A DNA stretch of 64,000 nucleotides. Origin: an uncultured delta proteobacterium. Its GTDB lineage: Bacteria; Desulfobacterota; Binatia; Binatales; Binataceae. Positions 29,384-39,257 of this stretch are shown here, one piece after another; position 1 is the first letter of the stretch; every line of letters begins with the position of its first letter. Both the position numbers and the translations under genes were made by a program. The notes beneath the pieces were generated by a model. The model saw only the letters and a list, made by a program, of their open reading frames with translations, ran no database searches and was not told where the DNA came from. The DNA lies in assembly GCA_963842085.1 (NCBI GenBank), contig CAWJET010000001.1, positions 64,001 to 128,000 on the forward strand, read 5' to 3'.

Positions 29384-30844
29384 ATGGCATCGGAACTGAA
29401 CAAACTCACAATCGCCGAGGCGTCGGCGAAACTTCGCGCGCGCGAAATCACGGCGACGCAACTGACGCGCGATTGCCTGGACCGCATCGCCGCGGCCGAA
29501 CCCAAGCTCCATGCGTTCATCACGGTATGCGACAAGGAGGCGCTCGAGCAGGCGCGCGCGGCCGACGCTCGCCTCGCCGCGGGCAACGCGCCGGCGCTGT
29601 GCGGGATTCCGCTCGGCATCAAGGATATCTACGCGACCAAAGGCGTTCGCACGACCTGCGCGTCGCGAATTTTGGAGACGTTCGTGCCGCCGTTCGACGC
29701 GACCGTGATCGAGCGCCTGCGCGCCGACGGCGCGGTCTTCGTCGGCAAGACGAACATGGACGAGTTCGCGATGGGCTCGTCGACGGAGAACTCGGCGTTC
29801 GGCGCAACGATGAATCCGCATGATACCGCGCGCGTCGCCGGCGGCTCGTCGGGCGGCTCTGCCGCTGCGGTCGCGGCGCACGAATGCTTAGGTTCGCTCG
29901 GCACCGACACCGGCGGCTCGATTCGCGAGCCGGCGTCGTTCTGCGGCGTGGTCGGGATCAAGCCGACTTACAGCCGCGTCAGCCGCTATGGCGTGGTTGC
30001 ATACGCGTCGTCGCTCGACCAGGTCGGCCCGTTCACGAAATCGGTGCGCGACGCCGCGATAATCCTGCGCACTCTCGCCGGCAAGGACGTTCGCGACTCG
30101 ACCTGTTCGGCGCGGCCGGTGCCCGACTACGAACGCGCGCTGACGGGCAACGTGAAGGGGCTCAGAATCGGCGTGCCGCGGGAATATTTCGTCGAGGGGA
30201 TGCAGCCCGAAGTCGAGCAGTCGGTGCGCGCCGCGCTCAAGAACTACCAATCGCTCGGCGCCTCCACGGTTGAGATCTCGCTGCCGCATACCGGTTACGC
30301 GATCGCCGCCTATTACCTGGTCGCGACCGCCGAGGCGAGTGCCAATCTCGCGCGCTACGACGGTATCCGCTACGGCCTGCGCGTCAACGCCGAGGACAAT
30401 ATCGCGCTGTACGAAACCACCCGCGCGCAGGGGTTTGGCGCCGAGGTCAAGCGGCGGATCATGCTCGGCACCTTCGCGCTCTCGGCGGGCTACTACGACG
30501 CCTACTACCTGAAGGGCATGAAGGTGCGCACGCTGATTCGCAATGACTTCGAGCGCGCGTTCGAGAAGTGCGATCTGATCGTGACGCCGGTCGCCCCGAC
30601 CACCGCCTTCAAGCTCGGCGAGAAGATGAACGACCCGCTCACGATGTACCTGTCGGACATCTTTACGATTTCGGTCAACCTGGCAGGCCTGCCCGGGATG
30701 GCGATGCCATGCGGTTACGACGCCAGCAGCCTGCCGATTGGGATGCAACTAATCGCGCCGCCGTTCGCCGAGGAAACAATTCTGCGCGCGGGCGACGCGT
30801 TCGAGCGCTCAGGAGCGTTCAAGCCGCGGACGCCCGCGGTCTGA
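29384..30844 (+). CDS. gatA: Asp/Glu-tRNA amidotransferase subunit A
   Basis: [23 protein letters not shown]. Confidence 0.97.
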   Translation: MASELNKLTIAEASAKLRAREITATQLTRDCLDRIAAAEPKLHAFITVCDKEALEQARAADARLAAGNAPALCGIPLGIKDIYATKGVRTTCASRILETFVPPFDATVIERLRADGAVFVGKTNMDEFAMGSSTENSAFGATMNPHDTARVAGGSSGGSAAAVAAHECLGSLGTDTGGSIREPASFCGVVGIKPTYSRVSRYGVVAYASSLDQVGPFTKSVRDAAIILRTLAGKDVRDSTCSARPVPDYERALTGNVKGLRIGVPREYFVEGMQPEVEQSVRAALKNYQSLGASTVEISLPHTGYAIAAYYLVATAEASANLARYDGIRYGLRVNAEDNIALYETTRAQGFGAEVKRRIMLGTFALSAGYYDAYYLKGMKVRTLIRNDFERAFEKCDLIVTPVAPTTAFKLGEKMNDPLTMYLSDIFTISVNLAGLPGMAMPCGYDASSLPIGMQLIAPPFAEETILRAGDAFERSGAFKPRTPAV

Positions 30845-30855
30845 CGGAAATTGCG

Positions 30856-32292
30856 ATGAATCGGGAAGCATACGAGGCCGTGATTGGACTCGAGGTTCAC
30901 ACCCACCTCCTGACTCGCTCTAAACTCTTCTGCGGATGCTCGACCACATTCGGCGCAGGTCCAAACGAAAACGTCTGCCCGATATGCATGGGTATGCCCG
31001 GCGTTTTGCCAGTACTCAATCGGCGCGCGGTGGAACTGGCTATTCGAACTGGACTGGCGGCGCATTGTACTATAGCGTCCTACTCTATTTTCGATCGCAA
31101 AAGTTACTTCTACCCCGACCTGCCGAAGGGCTATCAGATTAGTCAGTACGAAACTCCAATTTGTAAAGGTGGCTATATCGATTTGCCGGCGACGGAGAAT
31201 GGCAACACGCGCCGAGTCAGGCTCACGCGAATCCATATCGAGGAAGATGCGGGCAAGAATATTCACGGTGAGAGCGCGAGCCTGGTCGATTTCAACCGCT
31301 CGGGCGTGCCGCTGATCGAGATCGTGAGCGAGCCCGACCTGCGCTCGGCCGAGGACGCGGGCGCGTACCTGCGCCAACTGCGCGCGATACTTCGCTACGT
31401 CGACGCGTCCGACGGCAAGATGGAGGAAGGCAGCTTCCGCTGCGATTGCAACGTGTCGATCCGCAAGCGCGGCGCAACTGAGTATGGCGTCAGGACTGAG
31501 ATAAAAAATCTCAACTCGTTCCGCTTCGTCGAAGACGCAATTGAGTATGAGGTCGGACGGCAAATCGAAGTTGTCGAATCGGGCGGCAAAATCGCGCAGG
31601 AAACTCATCTGTGGGATCCCGTCCGCAAGCAAACGCGCCCGATGCGCTCGAAAGAGTATGCGAATGACTATCGCTATTTCCCCGAGCCGGACCTGCCGCC
31701 GCTGATCGTGCCACCCGAGATGGTCGAGCAAGTGCGCGCGTCGATGCCCGAGCTGCCGGCCGACAGGAAAGCCCGCTACGTCCGCGAAGGACTGACGGAA
31801 TACGAGGCGGGCGTGCTGATCGCCGATCGCGACGTCGCCGACTACTTCGAAGCGACGCTGCCGGGAATCAAAAATCGCAAGAGCGCCGCGAACTGGGTGA
31901 TGACCGAAGTACTGCGCGTCGCGCGCGAGTCAAACAAACCGTTCGTCGAAGCGGTGCCTCCTGCGGCAGAAGTCGGCGCCCTGCTGCGGATGGTCGAAGC
32001 ACAGAAGATAAGCCTGAACGCCGCAAAGACCGCATTCGCGGCGATGGTAAAATCCGGCAAAGGCGCTGACGCGACAGTCGCGGAGCTGGGCTTGGCGCAA
32101 GTGTCAGATGAAACCGCGATCGCAGCAACCTGCGACAGGATACTCGCGGCGGAGCCTGAGAAGGTCGCCGAGTACCGCGCAGGTCGCGACAAGCTATTCG
32201 GCTTCTTCGTCGGCGCAGTGATGAAAGCAATGGGCGGAAAGGCAAATCCAAAAGTAATCAACGACATCCTGCGCGCGAAGCTTGCAAGCTGA
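30856..32292 (+). CDS. gatB: Asp/Glu-tRNA amidotransferase subunit B
   Basis: VIGLEVH, YPDLPKGYQISQ, YRYFPEPDL, GKANP. Confidence 0.97.
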   Translation: MNREAYEAVIGLEVHTHLLTRSKLFCGCSTTFGAGPNENVCPICMGMPGVLPVLNRRAVELAIRTGLAAHCTIASYSIFDRKSYFYPDLPKGYQISQYETPICKGGYIDLPATENGNTRRVRLTRIHIEEDAGKNIHGESASLVDFNRSGVPLIEIVSEPDLRSAEDAGAYLRQLRAILRYVDASDGKMEEGSFRCDCNVSIRKRGATEYGVRTEIKNLNSFRFVEDAIEYEVGRQIEVVESGGKIAQETHLWDPVRKQTRPMRSKEYANDYRYFPEPDLPPLIVPPEMVEQVRASMPELPADRKARYVREGLTEYEAGVLIADRDVADYFEATLPGIKNRKSAANWVMTEVLRVARESNKPFVEAVPPAAEVGALLRMVEAQKISLNAAKTAFAAMVKSGKGADATVAELGLAQVSDETAIAATCDRILAAEPEKVAEYRAGRDKLFGFFVGAVMKAMGGKANPKVINDILRAKLAS

Positions 32293-32322
32293 CGATTCAG
32301 TTCTGCGACGAAGGCCACTCAA

Positions 32323-32646
32323 TCATCTGGCCGGGCGCGGGAACGATTCGGGCTTCCTGCCAAGCCGCTCGAAAAAAGCTTGAACGAATGCAGCGGCGCG
32401 GAGTTGGGGCAGTGTAACCCGCACAACACAGAAATCGGGGTATGTTCTGAGCGCGACCGTCGCCGCTTCTCCGAACAGCCGATCCCGCGTCAGTAGAACG
32501 GTAAACTTCGCCTGGGCCGCGGCGCTGACCAGACTGCCATTGCTGAGTGTGTTCCAGCCCCGAGCCACGGCCGAGTCGGCCTCAATGGCCAAGTCTTGGA
32601 GCAGCGCAACCAGCTGCACCGGCATGTTTGCATCAAGCAGCCACAT
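32323..32646 (-). CDS. DUF5615 PIN-like putative toxin, probable 3' frameshift
   Basis: MWLLDANMP...LLTRDRLF; coupled to DUF433 gene. Confidence 0.8.
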   Translation of the reverse strand: MWLLDANMPVQLVALLQDLAIEADSAVARGWNTLSNGSLVSAAAQAKFTVLLTRDRLFGEAATVALRTYPDFCVVRVTLPQLRAAAFVQAFFERLGRKPESFPRPAR

Positions 32647-32878
32647 GCTCGGAATCGAGCAGCTCCGAGGCAACTTTCATAATCTCCGGGATTGCCTCTT
32701 GCGGAAACGGGCCGTAGGTCTGCGCGATCTCCTCCTCGCTCATGCCCTCTGCCAGACAGGCAAGCACAAACGAGACCGACAGGCGCGTTCCTCGGACCGC
32801 GAGCTTGCCGCCCAGCAGGTCCGCGTCGCGAACGATCCAGTCGTACTTTTTGTAAGCCGCGGGTTTCCAATCACTCAT
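32633..32878 (-). CDS. DUF433 putative antitoxin
   Basis: LLGGKLAVRGTRLSV..LAEGMSEEEIAQTY. Confidence 0.88.
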   Translation of the reverse strand: MSDWKPAAYKKYDWIVRDADLLGGKLAVRGTRLSVSFVLACLAEGMSEEEIAQTYGPFPQEAIPEIMKVASELLDSEHVAA

Positions 32879-32952
32879 GGCTTGTCACCGCGGTTGATTC
32901 TACTCCAGCGCCTTTCGAAGAGCGAAGTGGTATCGGCGGCGTCTGAGGCGGG

Positions 32953-33366
32953 CTACTTCCGAACAAATAGTTTGTAGGTCACGCCGCCGGGGGTTGTCTC
33001 GCCTTCGGCGAAGGCCTGGACGCCGTTCAGCCAGGCGTACTTGCCCTTGGTCGAGGCGGCAAAGACCGGCGCGGTGGCCAGGCCGGTCGGGCCGCTCGGT
33101 CCCATCTTTGCGCGGCCGCTGTAAGTCATGTAGATGGTTTCGCCGTCGTCCGTTTTGAGCGTGAGGCGCACGTCGATGACGCCGACGCCGTCAGAGCGCA
33201 TCAGGAACCAATCGGCGCCGCTGGCAAGCACCGTGCCTCTTATGCGTGGACCTTCGAATTTGCCTCCGCTCACGTGAACGATTACGCGGGTTCCCTCGGG
33301 AGTGTCGGGAATGAGTATTGGCGGAGCGATTTGGGCGGTGATTTCAAAGAGTGGTTCCAGTTCCAT
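32953..33366 (-). CDS. DUF3237 family protein
   Basis: GGKFEGPRIRG..GADW..DVRLTLKTDDG..YAWLN. Confidence 0.85.
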   Translation of the reverse strand: MELEPLFEITAQIAPPILIPDTPEGTRVIVHVSGGKFEGPRIRGTVLASGADWFLMRSDGVGVIDVRLTLKTDDGETIYMTYSGRAKMGPSGPTGLATAPVFAASTKGKYAWLNGVQAFAEGETTPGGVTYKLFVRK

Positions 33367-33407
33367 GTTAGGTACCTCGTCGATTGTTAGAGTGTCCTGG
33401 TCGAAGT

Positions 33408-34598
33408 TTATCCCTTGGGGAGACCTAGGGTGCGCTCGCCTATAATGTTGCGTTGGATTTCGCTGGTGCCGCCCGCGATTGTGTATTGGCGCGAGCTCAG
33501 CACGCGGTTGAGCCATCGCGGAGAATCGGCGACCACGCCGGTGGGTTCGCCGACCAGGCCGTAGGCGCCGAGCAGTTCGGTCGAGAAGCGCGCGATGCGC
33601 ACGCCGAGTTCGGAGCCGAACAGTTTCAGCATCGAGCCTTCGGGCCCCGGCGGCAACCCGCGCAGTTGGCGCGTGAGCGAGCGCAGGCGCGTGTAGCGCG
33701 CGGCCTCGCATTCGATGATGAATTGCGCGAGCTGCTGTCGCACCCACTCCTGCTCCCACGCGGGCCTGCCGGCGATGCGGACGATCTTCGCGAGCTCCGC
33801 GAGGCGGCGCACCTGCGAGCCGTGCCCGCCGCCGCCGGCGAACGATCGCTCGTAGCTGAGCGTCGTCATCGCGACTTTCCATCCTTCGTTGAGCGCGCCG
33901 ACCAGGTTTTCCTTCGGCACCTGCACGTTGTCGAAAAAAACTTCGTTGAAATGCGAGTGCCCGTTCATCAGGACCAGCGGCCGCACGGTGATGCCCGGGC
34001 TTTTCATGTCGAGCAGCAGGTAGCTGATGCCGCGATGCTTGGGCGCTTCGGGGTCGGTGCGCGCTAGCATGAACATCCAGTCCGCGTACTGCGCACCCGA
34101 GGTCCAGACTTTCTGGCCGTTGACGAGAAAGTAGTCGCCCATGTCGGCGGCGCGCGTGGACAGGCCGGCGAGATCGGAACCGGCGCCCGGCTCCGAGTAG
34201 CCCTGGCACCAGATGTCGTCGGCGCCGAGGATTCGCGGGAGGAAGCGTTTCTTTTGCACCTCGGTGCCCCAGTTCATTAGCGTGGGACCGCACAGGCCGA
34301 GCCCGAAATATCCGGGCAGCACGGGGGCGCGGGCGCGGGAATATTCCTCGTCCCAGATAATCTGCTCGATGAGGGTGGCGGCGTGGCCGCCGTACTCCCT
34401 GGGCCACGACAGGCCGGCGTAGCCGGCGGTGTGGAGCTTCGCCTGCCACGCGCGGCGGCGTTCGAAGACGTCGCGATTGGGCGCGATGCGTTCGTCCTGG
34501 GCGTCGTCGACGCAGAGATCTTTGGGGAGGTTCGCGTCGAGCCATGCGCGGACTTTATGGCGGAAGGATTCCTGTTCCGCGGTGTACTCGAAATCCAC
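33408..34598 (-). CDS. Acyl-CoA dehydrogenase
   Basis: WCQGYSEPGAGSDL, NGQKVWTS, IAGGTSEIQRNII. Confidence 0.95.
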   Translation of the reverse strand: MDFEYTAEQESFRHKVRAWLDANLPKDLCVDDAQDERIAPNRDVFERRRAWQAKLHTAGYAGLSWPREYGGHAATLIEQIIWDEEYSRARAPVLPGYFGLGLCGPTLMNWGTEVQKKRFLPRILGADDIWCQGYSEPGAGSDLAGLSTRAADMGDYFLVNGQKVWTSGAQYADWMFMLARTDPEAPKHRGISYLLLDMKSPGITVRPLVLMNGHSHFNEVFFDNVQVPKENLVGALNEGWKVAMTTLSYERSFAGGGGHGSQVRRLAELAKIVRIAGRPAWEQEWVRQQLAQFIIECEAARYTRLRSLTRQLRGLPPGPEGSMLKLFGSELGVRIARFSTELLGAYGLVGEPTGVVADSPRWLNRVLSSRQYTIAGGTSEIQRNIIGERTLGLPKG

Positions 34599-34607
34599 TT
34601 TGATTAC

Positions 34608-35726
34608 TCAGTTAAAGTTGAAGGCTCTGGTTGCGTTGTCCCAGAGGATCTTCTTCTTGCTCGAGTAGGGGATTGATTGTTTGAGCAACGCGTCGATGCC
34701 CCATGGAAAGGTGCCGTCTGGATGTGGATAGTCAGTGTCCCACAGGAAGTTGTTGTCACCTACTATATCAAGCGCGGCTTTCATGGTTGGTTCGTCGCCG
34801 CGGAAGGCTACATAGAAGTTGCTTTTGAAATACTCAGTCGGGCGTTTGGTCAGGTACTCGTGTTCTGAGTTGCCGCTGAAGTTCCAATGCTGTTCCATCC
34901 GTTGCAGCCAGTAAAGAACCCATCCGCCGTCGGCCTCGACCTGGACGACGCGGAGCTTGGGGAATTTCTCGATGACGCCGTACCAGATAAGACCCGCCAT
35001 CGCCGCCATCGCTTCGAAGGGATGGGAGAGGATGTGGCCGGTGACGTGGGTGTCCATCCGATCGCCGAACGACTCGACGGAGGCGGAGCCGGAATCGTGG
35101 GTGGAAATGGGGCGTCCCAATTTTTCGACTTCGGCCCAGAGCGGCAGGTAGTCCTCGTGGAATATCGTTCGGCCGCGGACCGGGTTGGGACGCACGTAAA
35201 AGCTGATGGCGCCATTCTTCGCGGCGCGATTTGCTTCCTTGATCGATTCGCCCACGTCCTGCATGGGTAAAATAGCGGCCCACTTGACGCGGTCCTTCGT
35301 CTTCGAGCAGTAATCAGCGCTCCAATCGTTGTAGGCGCGGCAGCAGGCCGCGAGCAGTTGCGGGTCGCGGAATTCGCGGCCGAGCATCTGGCCGGCCGCC
35401 GTCGGATAGACAATCTGTACGTCGACGCCCTGCTCGTCCATGTCAAGGATGCGGCTTTCAGGGCTGAACCCGAGCTTGGCGGCGCGCTCGAACCGCTTCA
35501 TCGCCTTGCGGACGGCGGCGAGGAAGCCGGGCGCCGCCATCGGGTATTTGCCTTTTTCGCGGGTGAAAGGTTCGCCCTCAACCAGGAACGTGCGGCGGCC
35601 AGACTCGGGCGCGATACCGATTTCGGGCGCAGCGGACTTGTAACGATCGTCGATGTATCGTTCGAATACGTAGTCTGGTTCCATCAAGTGAGTATCTACA
35701 TCGGCAATTTTGAATCCGTCTTTCAT
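34608..35726 (-). CDS. Amidohydrolase family 2 protein
   Basis: DVDTHLME, AYNDW, WDTDYPHPD. Confidence 0.9.
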   Translation of the reverse strand: MKDGFKIADVDTHLMEPDYVFERYIDDRYKSAAPEIGIAPESGRRTFLVEGEPFTREKGKYPMAAPGFLAAVRKAMKRFERAAKLGFSPESRILDMDEQGVDVQIVYPTAAGQMLGREFRDPQLLAACCRAYNDWSADYCSKTKDRVKWAAILPMQDVGESIKEANRAAKNGAISFYVRPNPVRGRTIFHEDYLPLWAEVEKLGRPISTHDSGSASVESFGDRMDTHVTGHILSHPFEAMAAMAGLIWYGVIEKFPKLRVVQVEADGGWVLYWLQRMEQHWNFSGNSEHEYLTKRPTEYFKSNFYVAFRGDEPTMKAALDIVGDNNFLWDTDYPHPDGTFPWGIDALLKQSIPYSSKKKILWDNATRAFNFN

Positions 35727-35777
35727 GGTATTTCTCCGAATACTACTTCACTTAGCTAACTGCTGGCGCCGAATCCG

Positions 35778-35813
35778 GGATTCTTCGCTCCGCGGACTCC
35801 GCGCAGAATGACA
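35778..35813. repeat. REP-like GTCATTCTGAGC..CGAAGAATC family (also inverted pair 55915-55948 / 56053-56087)
   Basis: GATTCTTCGCTCCGCGGACTCCGCGCAGAATGACA resembles GATCCTTCGCGCCGCCGACTCCGCTCAGGACGAC. Confidence 0.65.
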
Positions 35814-35851
35814 TAACGATAGTCAGCCGCCGAAATCCTTATACTCATTGA

Positions 35852-36880
35852 CTAGTCGCTTGGGATAATCAGCGCTTTTACTCCGCGGCGCTCGCGCAGC
35901 AGGTCGAAGGCTTCGAGGCCGTGCGAGATGGAATAGCGATGCGTGACCATCGGACGTAAGTCGACGGCGCCGCTGGCGACCATCGCGATTGCGCGGCGCC
36001 AGGTTTCCGGGGTGCGGATGCGGGAGTTGATGATCGTCACACCGTGGAAGAACAGAGCGCGCAACTCGGCGGACTTAAGATCGCGCGCGGGCCACCCGAC
36101 TTCGACCAGCTGACCGCCGCGGCGGAGCAACTCGCGCGGCGAATCGATCGCGCCCGCGGCATCGAACACGACGTCGGCACCCTCGGATGGGAGCATCGCG
36201 CGCGCTTGCTCGATCCAATCGCGATCGCCGACTGAAACGGTGCGAAAGCCCATCTTGCGCGCCAGGGCCAGTCGATCCGCATCCACCGCCAGCCCGGTCA
36301 TTACTATGGAGGTGACGCCGAGGGCGCGCGCGGCGAGAGCGATGCTGAGGCCGATGGGTCCGGGACCCTCGATGACGGCGCTGTCGCCGGCCTTGAGACA
36401 CGACTGTTCGACGGCATGGAGGCCGGTGCCGAAGGGCTCGAGCAGCGCGGCCTGCTCGATGTTCATGGTGGAGGGAACGAGGTGCGCGTTTTCGACGGGC
36501 GCGACGGTGAATTCGGCGAAGGCGCCGGAGAGCGTGGTAGGCGCTGAGCAAAGGTGGAAGCGGCCGGCGCGGCACGGACCGCATCGCCCGCAATGGCCGA
36601 AGGGATCGAGCGCGACTCGGTCGCCCACCTTGAAGTTGGTAACCCGCGCGCCGACCTCGACGACTTCGCCGGCTGGTTCGTGGCCGAGGATGACGGGGAG
36701 GCGCGCGACCATGCGCTCGGCGCCGAGTTCCCAATCGACGATGTGCAGGTCGGAACCGCAAACCCCGCACGCGCCGACGCGAACGAGCAGCGTGGAGTCC
36801 GCGGGCGCCGGCACGGGAGCGTCGATCAGTTCGGCGCCGGGAGCGGGACGGGTCTTTGCGATCGCTTTCAACGCACGCAA
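35852..36880 (-). CDS. Zn-dependent medium-chain dehydrogenase
   Basis: CGSDLH, GHEPAG, CGRCGPC..C, GPGPIG. Confidence 0.93.
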   Translation of the reverse strand: MRALKAIAKTRPAPGAELIDAPVPAPADSTLLVRVGACGVCGSDLHIVDWELGAERMVARLPVILGHEPAGEVVEVGARVTNFKVGDRVALDPFGHCGRCGPCRAGRFHLCSAPTTLSGAFAEFTVAPVENAHLVPSTMNIEQAALLEPFGTGLHAVEQSCLKAGDSAVIEGPGPIGLSIALAARALGVTSIVMTGLAVDADRLALARKMGFRTVSVGDRDWIEQARAMLPSEGADVVFDAAGAIDSPRELLRRGGQLVEVGWPARDLKSAELRALFFHGVTIINSRIRTPETWRRAIAMVASGAVDLRPMVTHRYSISHGLEAFDLLRERRGVKALIIPSD

Positions 36881-36961
36881 CCTCCGGGTCTTTCAATACG
36901 ACGGCGCGGTGGTCTGCGTCAAAGAGGAACAGGCGCGAACGAGATCCCCGCGGCGCGAAGG

Positions 36962-38248
36962 TTACTCCCAGTGGCGCAGCGGGGCGCCGCGATAACGCAT
37001 TCGCGGGCGGATGAGGCGGTTGTCGGCGTATTGCTCGAGCGCGTGCGCGATCCATCCCGAGGCGCGACCGATGGCGAAAATTGCGGCGGGCATCGAGCGC
37101 TGAAATCCGAGCATGCGGGCGCATACAGTGAGGTAGAAGTCGAGATTGGGGCGCAGGCGCTCGCGCCTGGAGACGGCGGCTTCGACTTTCAGCGCGGTCT
37201 CGAACAGCCGACGGCCGCGGCGCTTGGCAATCCCCTGCGCGACTTGCCGCAGCAGCGCAGCGCGCGGGTCGCCCTCGGGATAGATGGCGTGACCGAAGCC
37301 GGGCGGCAGCCGATGCTCGCGGGTGAAAGCGGCGAGGCACTCGTCGACGCGCGCGCCGGATTCAAGCTCGGCGAACATCGCCTCGATTCGATCGCACGCG
37401 CCGCCGTGAATGGGTCCGCTCAAGGAGCACAAGGCGGAGAGCACGGAGGCAAAGAGGTCGGCGCCGGTGCTCGCAACGACGCGGGCGGCGAAGGTCGAGG
37501 CGTTGAGCTCGTGCTCGGCGCAGGCGATCAGCACGCGGTCGAGCGCCTCGAGTTCCCAGTCGGCGGCGGTGGAAACGGGCACCCATCCGAGCAGGCGTCC
37601 GGCCATGCCGGGGCCGCCGGGCGCTCCTGGAGCGGGCGGCTGCGCGAGTGCGAGCGGAAGCTGGCTGATGATCAGCTTGGCGCGATCGATTCGAGTGCGC
37701 GGCGGCTGACGGCGATCCCACGCGGCAAGACTGGGCATCACGGCCGCGAGCCGCAGCAGCGGCGGCGCGTCGTCACCGACGGCGGCGAGGGCGTCGGCGA
37801 CCGAAGCGGGCATCTGCGCGCCGTGGATCTCGGCACGCAACGCGGCGATTTCCTCGGCGACGGGGCGCTCGCCGCTCCACAGCAGCAGGCAGACTTCCTC
37901 GAACGAGGCGTGCGCGACAATTTCCTCGATCGGATAGCCGCGATAGGCGAGCTTGCCCTCGTTGATCGAACTGACGGCGGATTCAGCGACGATCACGCCG
38001 GGCGCGCCGTCGTCAATGCTCTTGGGTTGCGCGACGGTGACCCACGTCGATGCGGCGGGCAGGCTGCGGCCGCGGCGTCCGCGTTCGGTGGAAACGACAC
38101 CGCGCAGCGCCTCGATGTCGGCGCGCCGATAGAGCGCCTGGCGGCCGACCTTGCGGCGGTAACTCTTGAGCCAGCCGCGGCTGACGTAGGCGTAGAGGGT
38201 GCCGAGCTTAACCCCGAGCTGATCGGCCGCCTCGTTGGCGGTCATCAT
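36962..38248 (-). CDS. Citrate synthase-family protein with N-terminal HTH
   Basis: EAADQLGVKLGTLYAYVSRG HTH; HELNAST, HGGA, GFGH, PNLDF. Confidence 0.9.
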   Translation of the reverse strand: MMTANEAADQLGVKLGTLYAYVSRGWLKSYRRKVGRQALYRRADIEALRGVVSTERGRRGRSLPAASTWVTVAQPKSIDDGAPGVIVAESAVSSINEGKLAYRGYPIEEIVAHASFEEVCLLLWSGERPVAEEIAALRAEIHGAQMPASVADALAAVGDDAPPLLRLAAVMPSLAAWDRRQPPRTRIDRAKLIISQLPLALAQPPAPGAPGGPGMAGRLLGWVPVSTAADWELEALDRVLIACAEHELNASTFAARVVASTGADLFASVLSALCSLSGPIHGGACDRIEAMFAELESGARVDECLAAFTREHRLPPGFGHAIYPEGDPRAALLRQVAQGIAKRRGRRLFETALKVEAAVSRRERLRPNLDFYLTVCARMLGFQRSMPAAIFAIGRASGWIAHALEQYADNRLIRPRMRYRGAPLRHWE

Positions 38249-38400
38249 ACCGGCGCGTTCGGAATTGGCACGTTCGGAGTTGCGAGTGGCCACCATCAGA
38301 ATCACGCCATGCGCACGGGGGCGGCGTCAAGCGGCATCGAATCAACTTGCATCAAGATGGAACCAGTTATATACAGTCAAGCTCACGGGAGGAACATCGC

Positions 38401-39195
38401 ATGAGTTCGGCGGAAGTGCGATTCAAGGAGTTGCGCGCGGATTTCGGGAAGACCGCCAGTGACTACGGGCGGCATCGCGCGGGATTCCCCGACGAATTTT
38501 TCGAGCGGCTGGCGGCGTTGGGAATCCTGCAAGCGGGAATGCGCGCGCTCGACCTGGGAACCGGCACCGGGACGATCGCGCGCGGGCTGGCGCTTCGGGG
38601 ATGCAAAGTTACCGGGCTCGATCGATCGGCGCCGCTGATGGAGCAGGCGGCGGAGCTGGATCGCGGTGCGGGCGTCGTCGTGAAGTACGTCCATGCGGCC
38701 GCGGAGGAGACGGGGTTATCGGCGGCGGAGTTCGACCTCGTGACGGCGGGACAATGCTGGCATTGGTTCGATCGCCCGCGCACCGCTGCGGAGGCGCGAC
38801 GAGTGTTGAAGCCTGGTGGGAGACTCGTGATTGCGCATTACGACTGGATTGCGTTGCCCGGCAACATGGTCGAGGCGACGGAGAAGTTGATCGAGCAGCA
38901 TAATCCAAAATGGAAGCTGGGCGGAGGACTGGGAATTTATCCGCTTTGGCCGCGCGACATGGCGCTCGCGGGTTTCAGGAATATCGAAACGTTTTCGTTC
39001 GACCTCGACGCAATCTACACGCACGAGGCGTGGCGCGGGCGGATTCGCGCGAGCGCGGGAGTGGGTGCGAGCTTGGCGCCGGAGGAAGTTGCGGCGTTCG
39101 ACGACGAGTTGCGCGCGATGCTGGCGGAGCGGTGGCCCGAGGATCCGATGCGCGTGATGCATCGCGTGTTCGCGGCAATCGGCGTCGCGCCGTAA
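38401..39195 (+). CDS. Class I SAM-dependent methyltransferase
   Basis: LDLGTGTG; GQCWHWFD; VLKPGG. Confidence 0.92.
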   Translation: MSSAEVRFKELRADFGKTASDYGRHRAGFPDEFFERLAALGILQAGMRALDLGTGTGTIARGLALRGCKVTGLDRSAPLMEQAAELDRGAGVVVKYVHAAAEETGLSAAEFDLVTAGQCWHWFDRPRTAAEARRVLKPGGRLVIAHYDWIALPGNMVEATEKLIEQHNPKWKLGGGLGIYPLWPRDMALAGFRNIETFSFDLDAIYTHEAWRGRIRASAGVGASLAPEEVAAFDDELRAMLAERWPEDPMRVMHRVFAAIGVAP

Positions 39196-39257
39196 CTCGC
39201 TTTGACGGAACACGGTGAAGGTCGGCTATAGTCGCGTCCCAGAGAGAGGGAGCGACC

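Noticed and set aside
32953-34545. 530-aa ORF suggesting an acyl-CoA dehydrogenase/DUF3237 fusion
   Set aside because: The upstream part is an off-frame shadow; DUF3237 has its own GAGG SD and ATG at 33366
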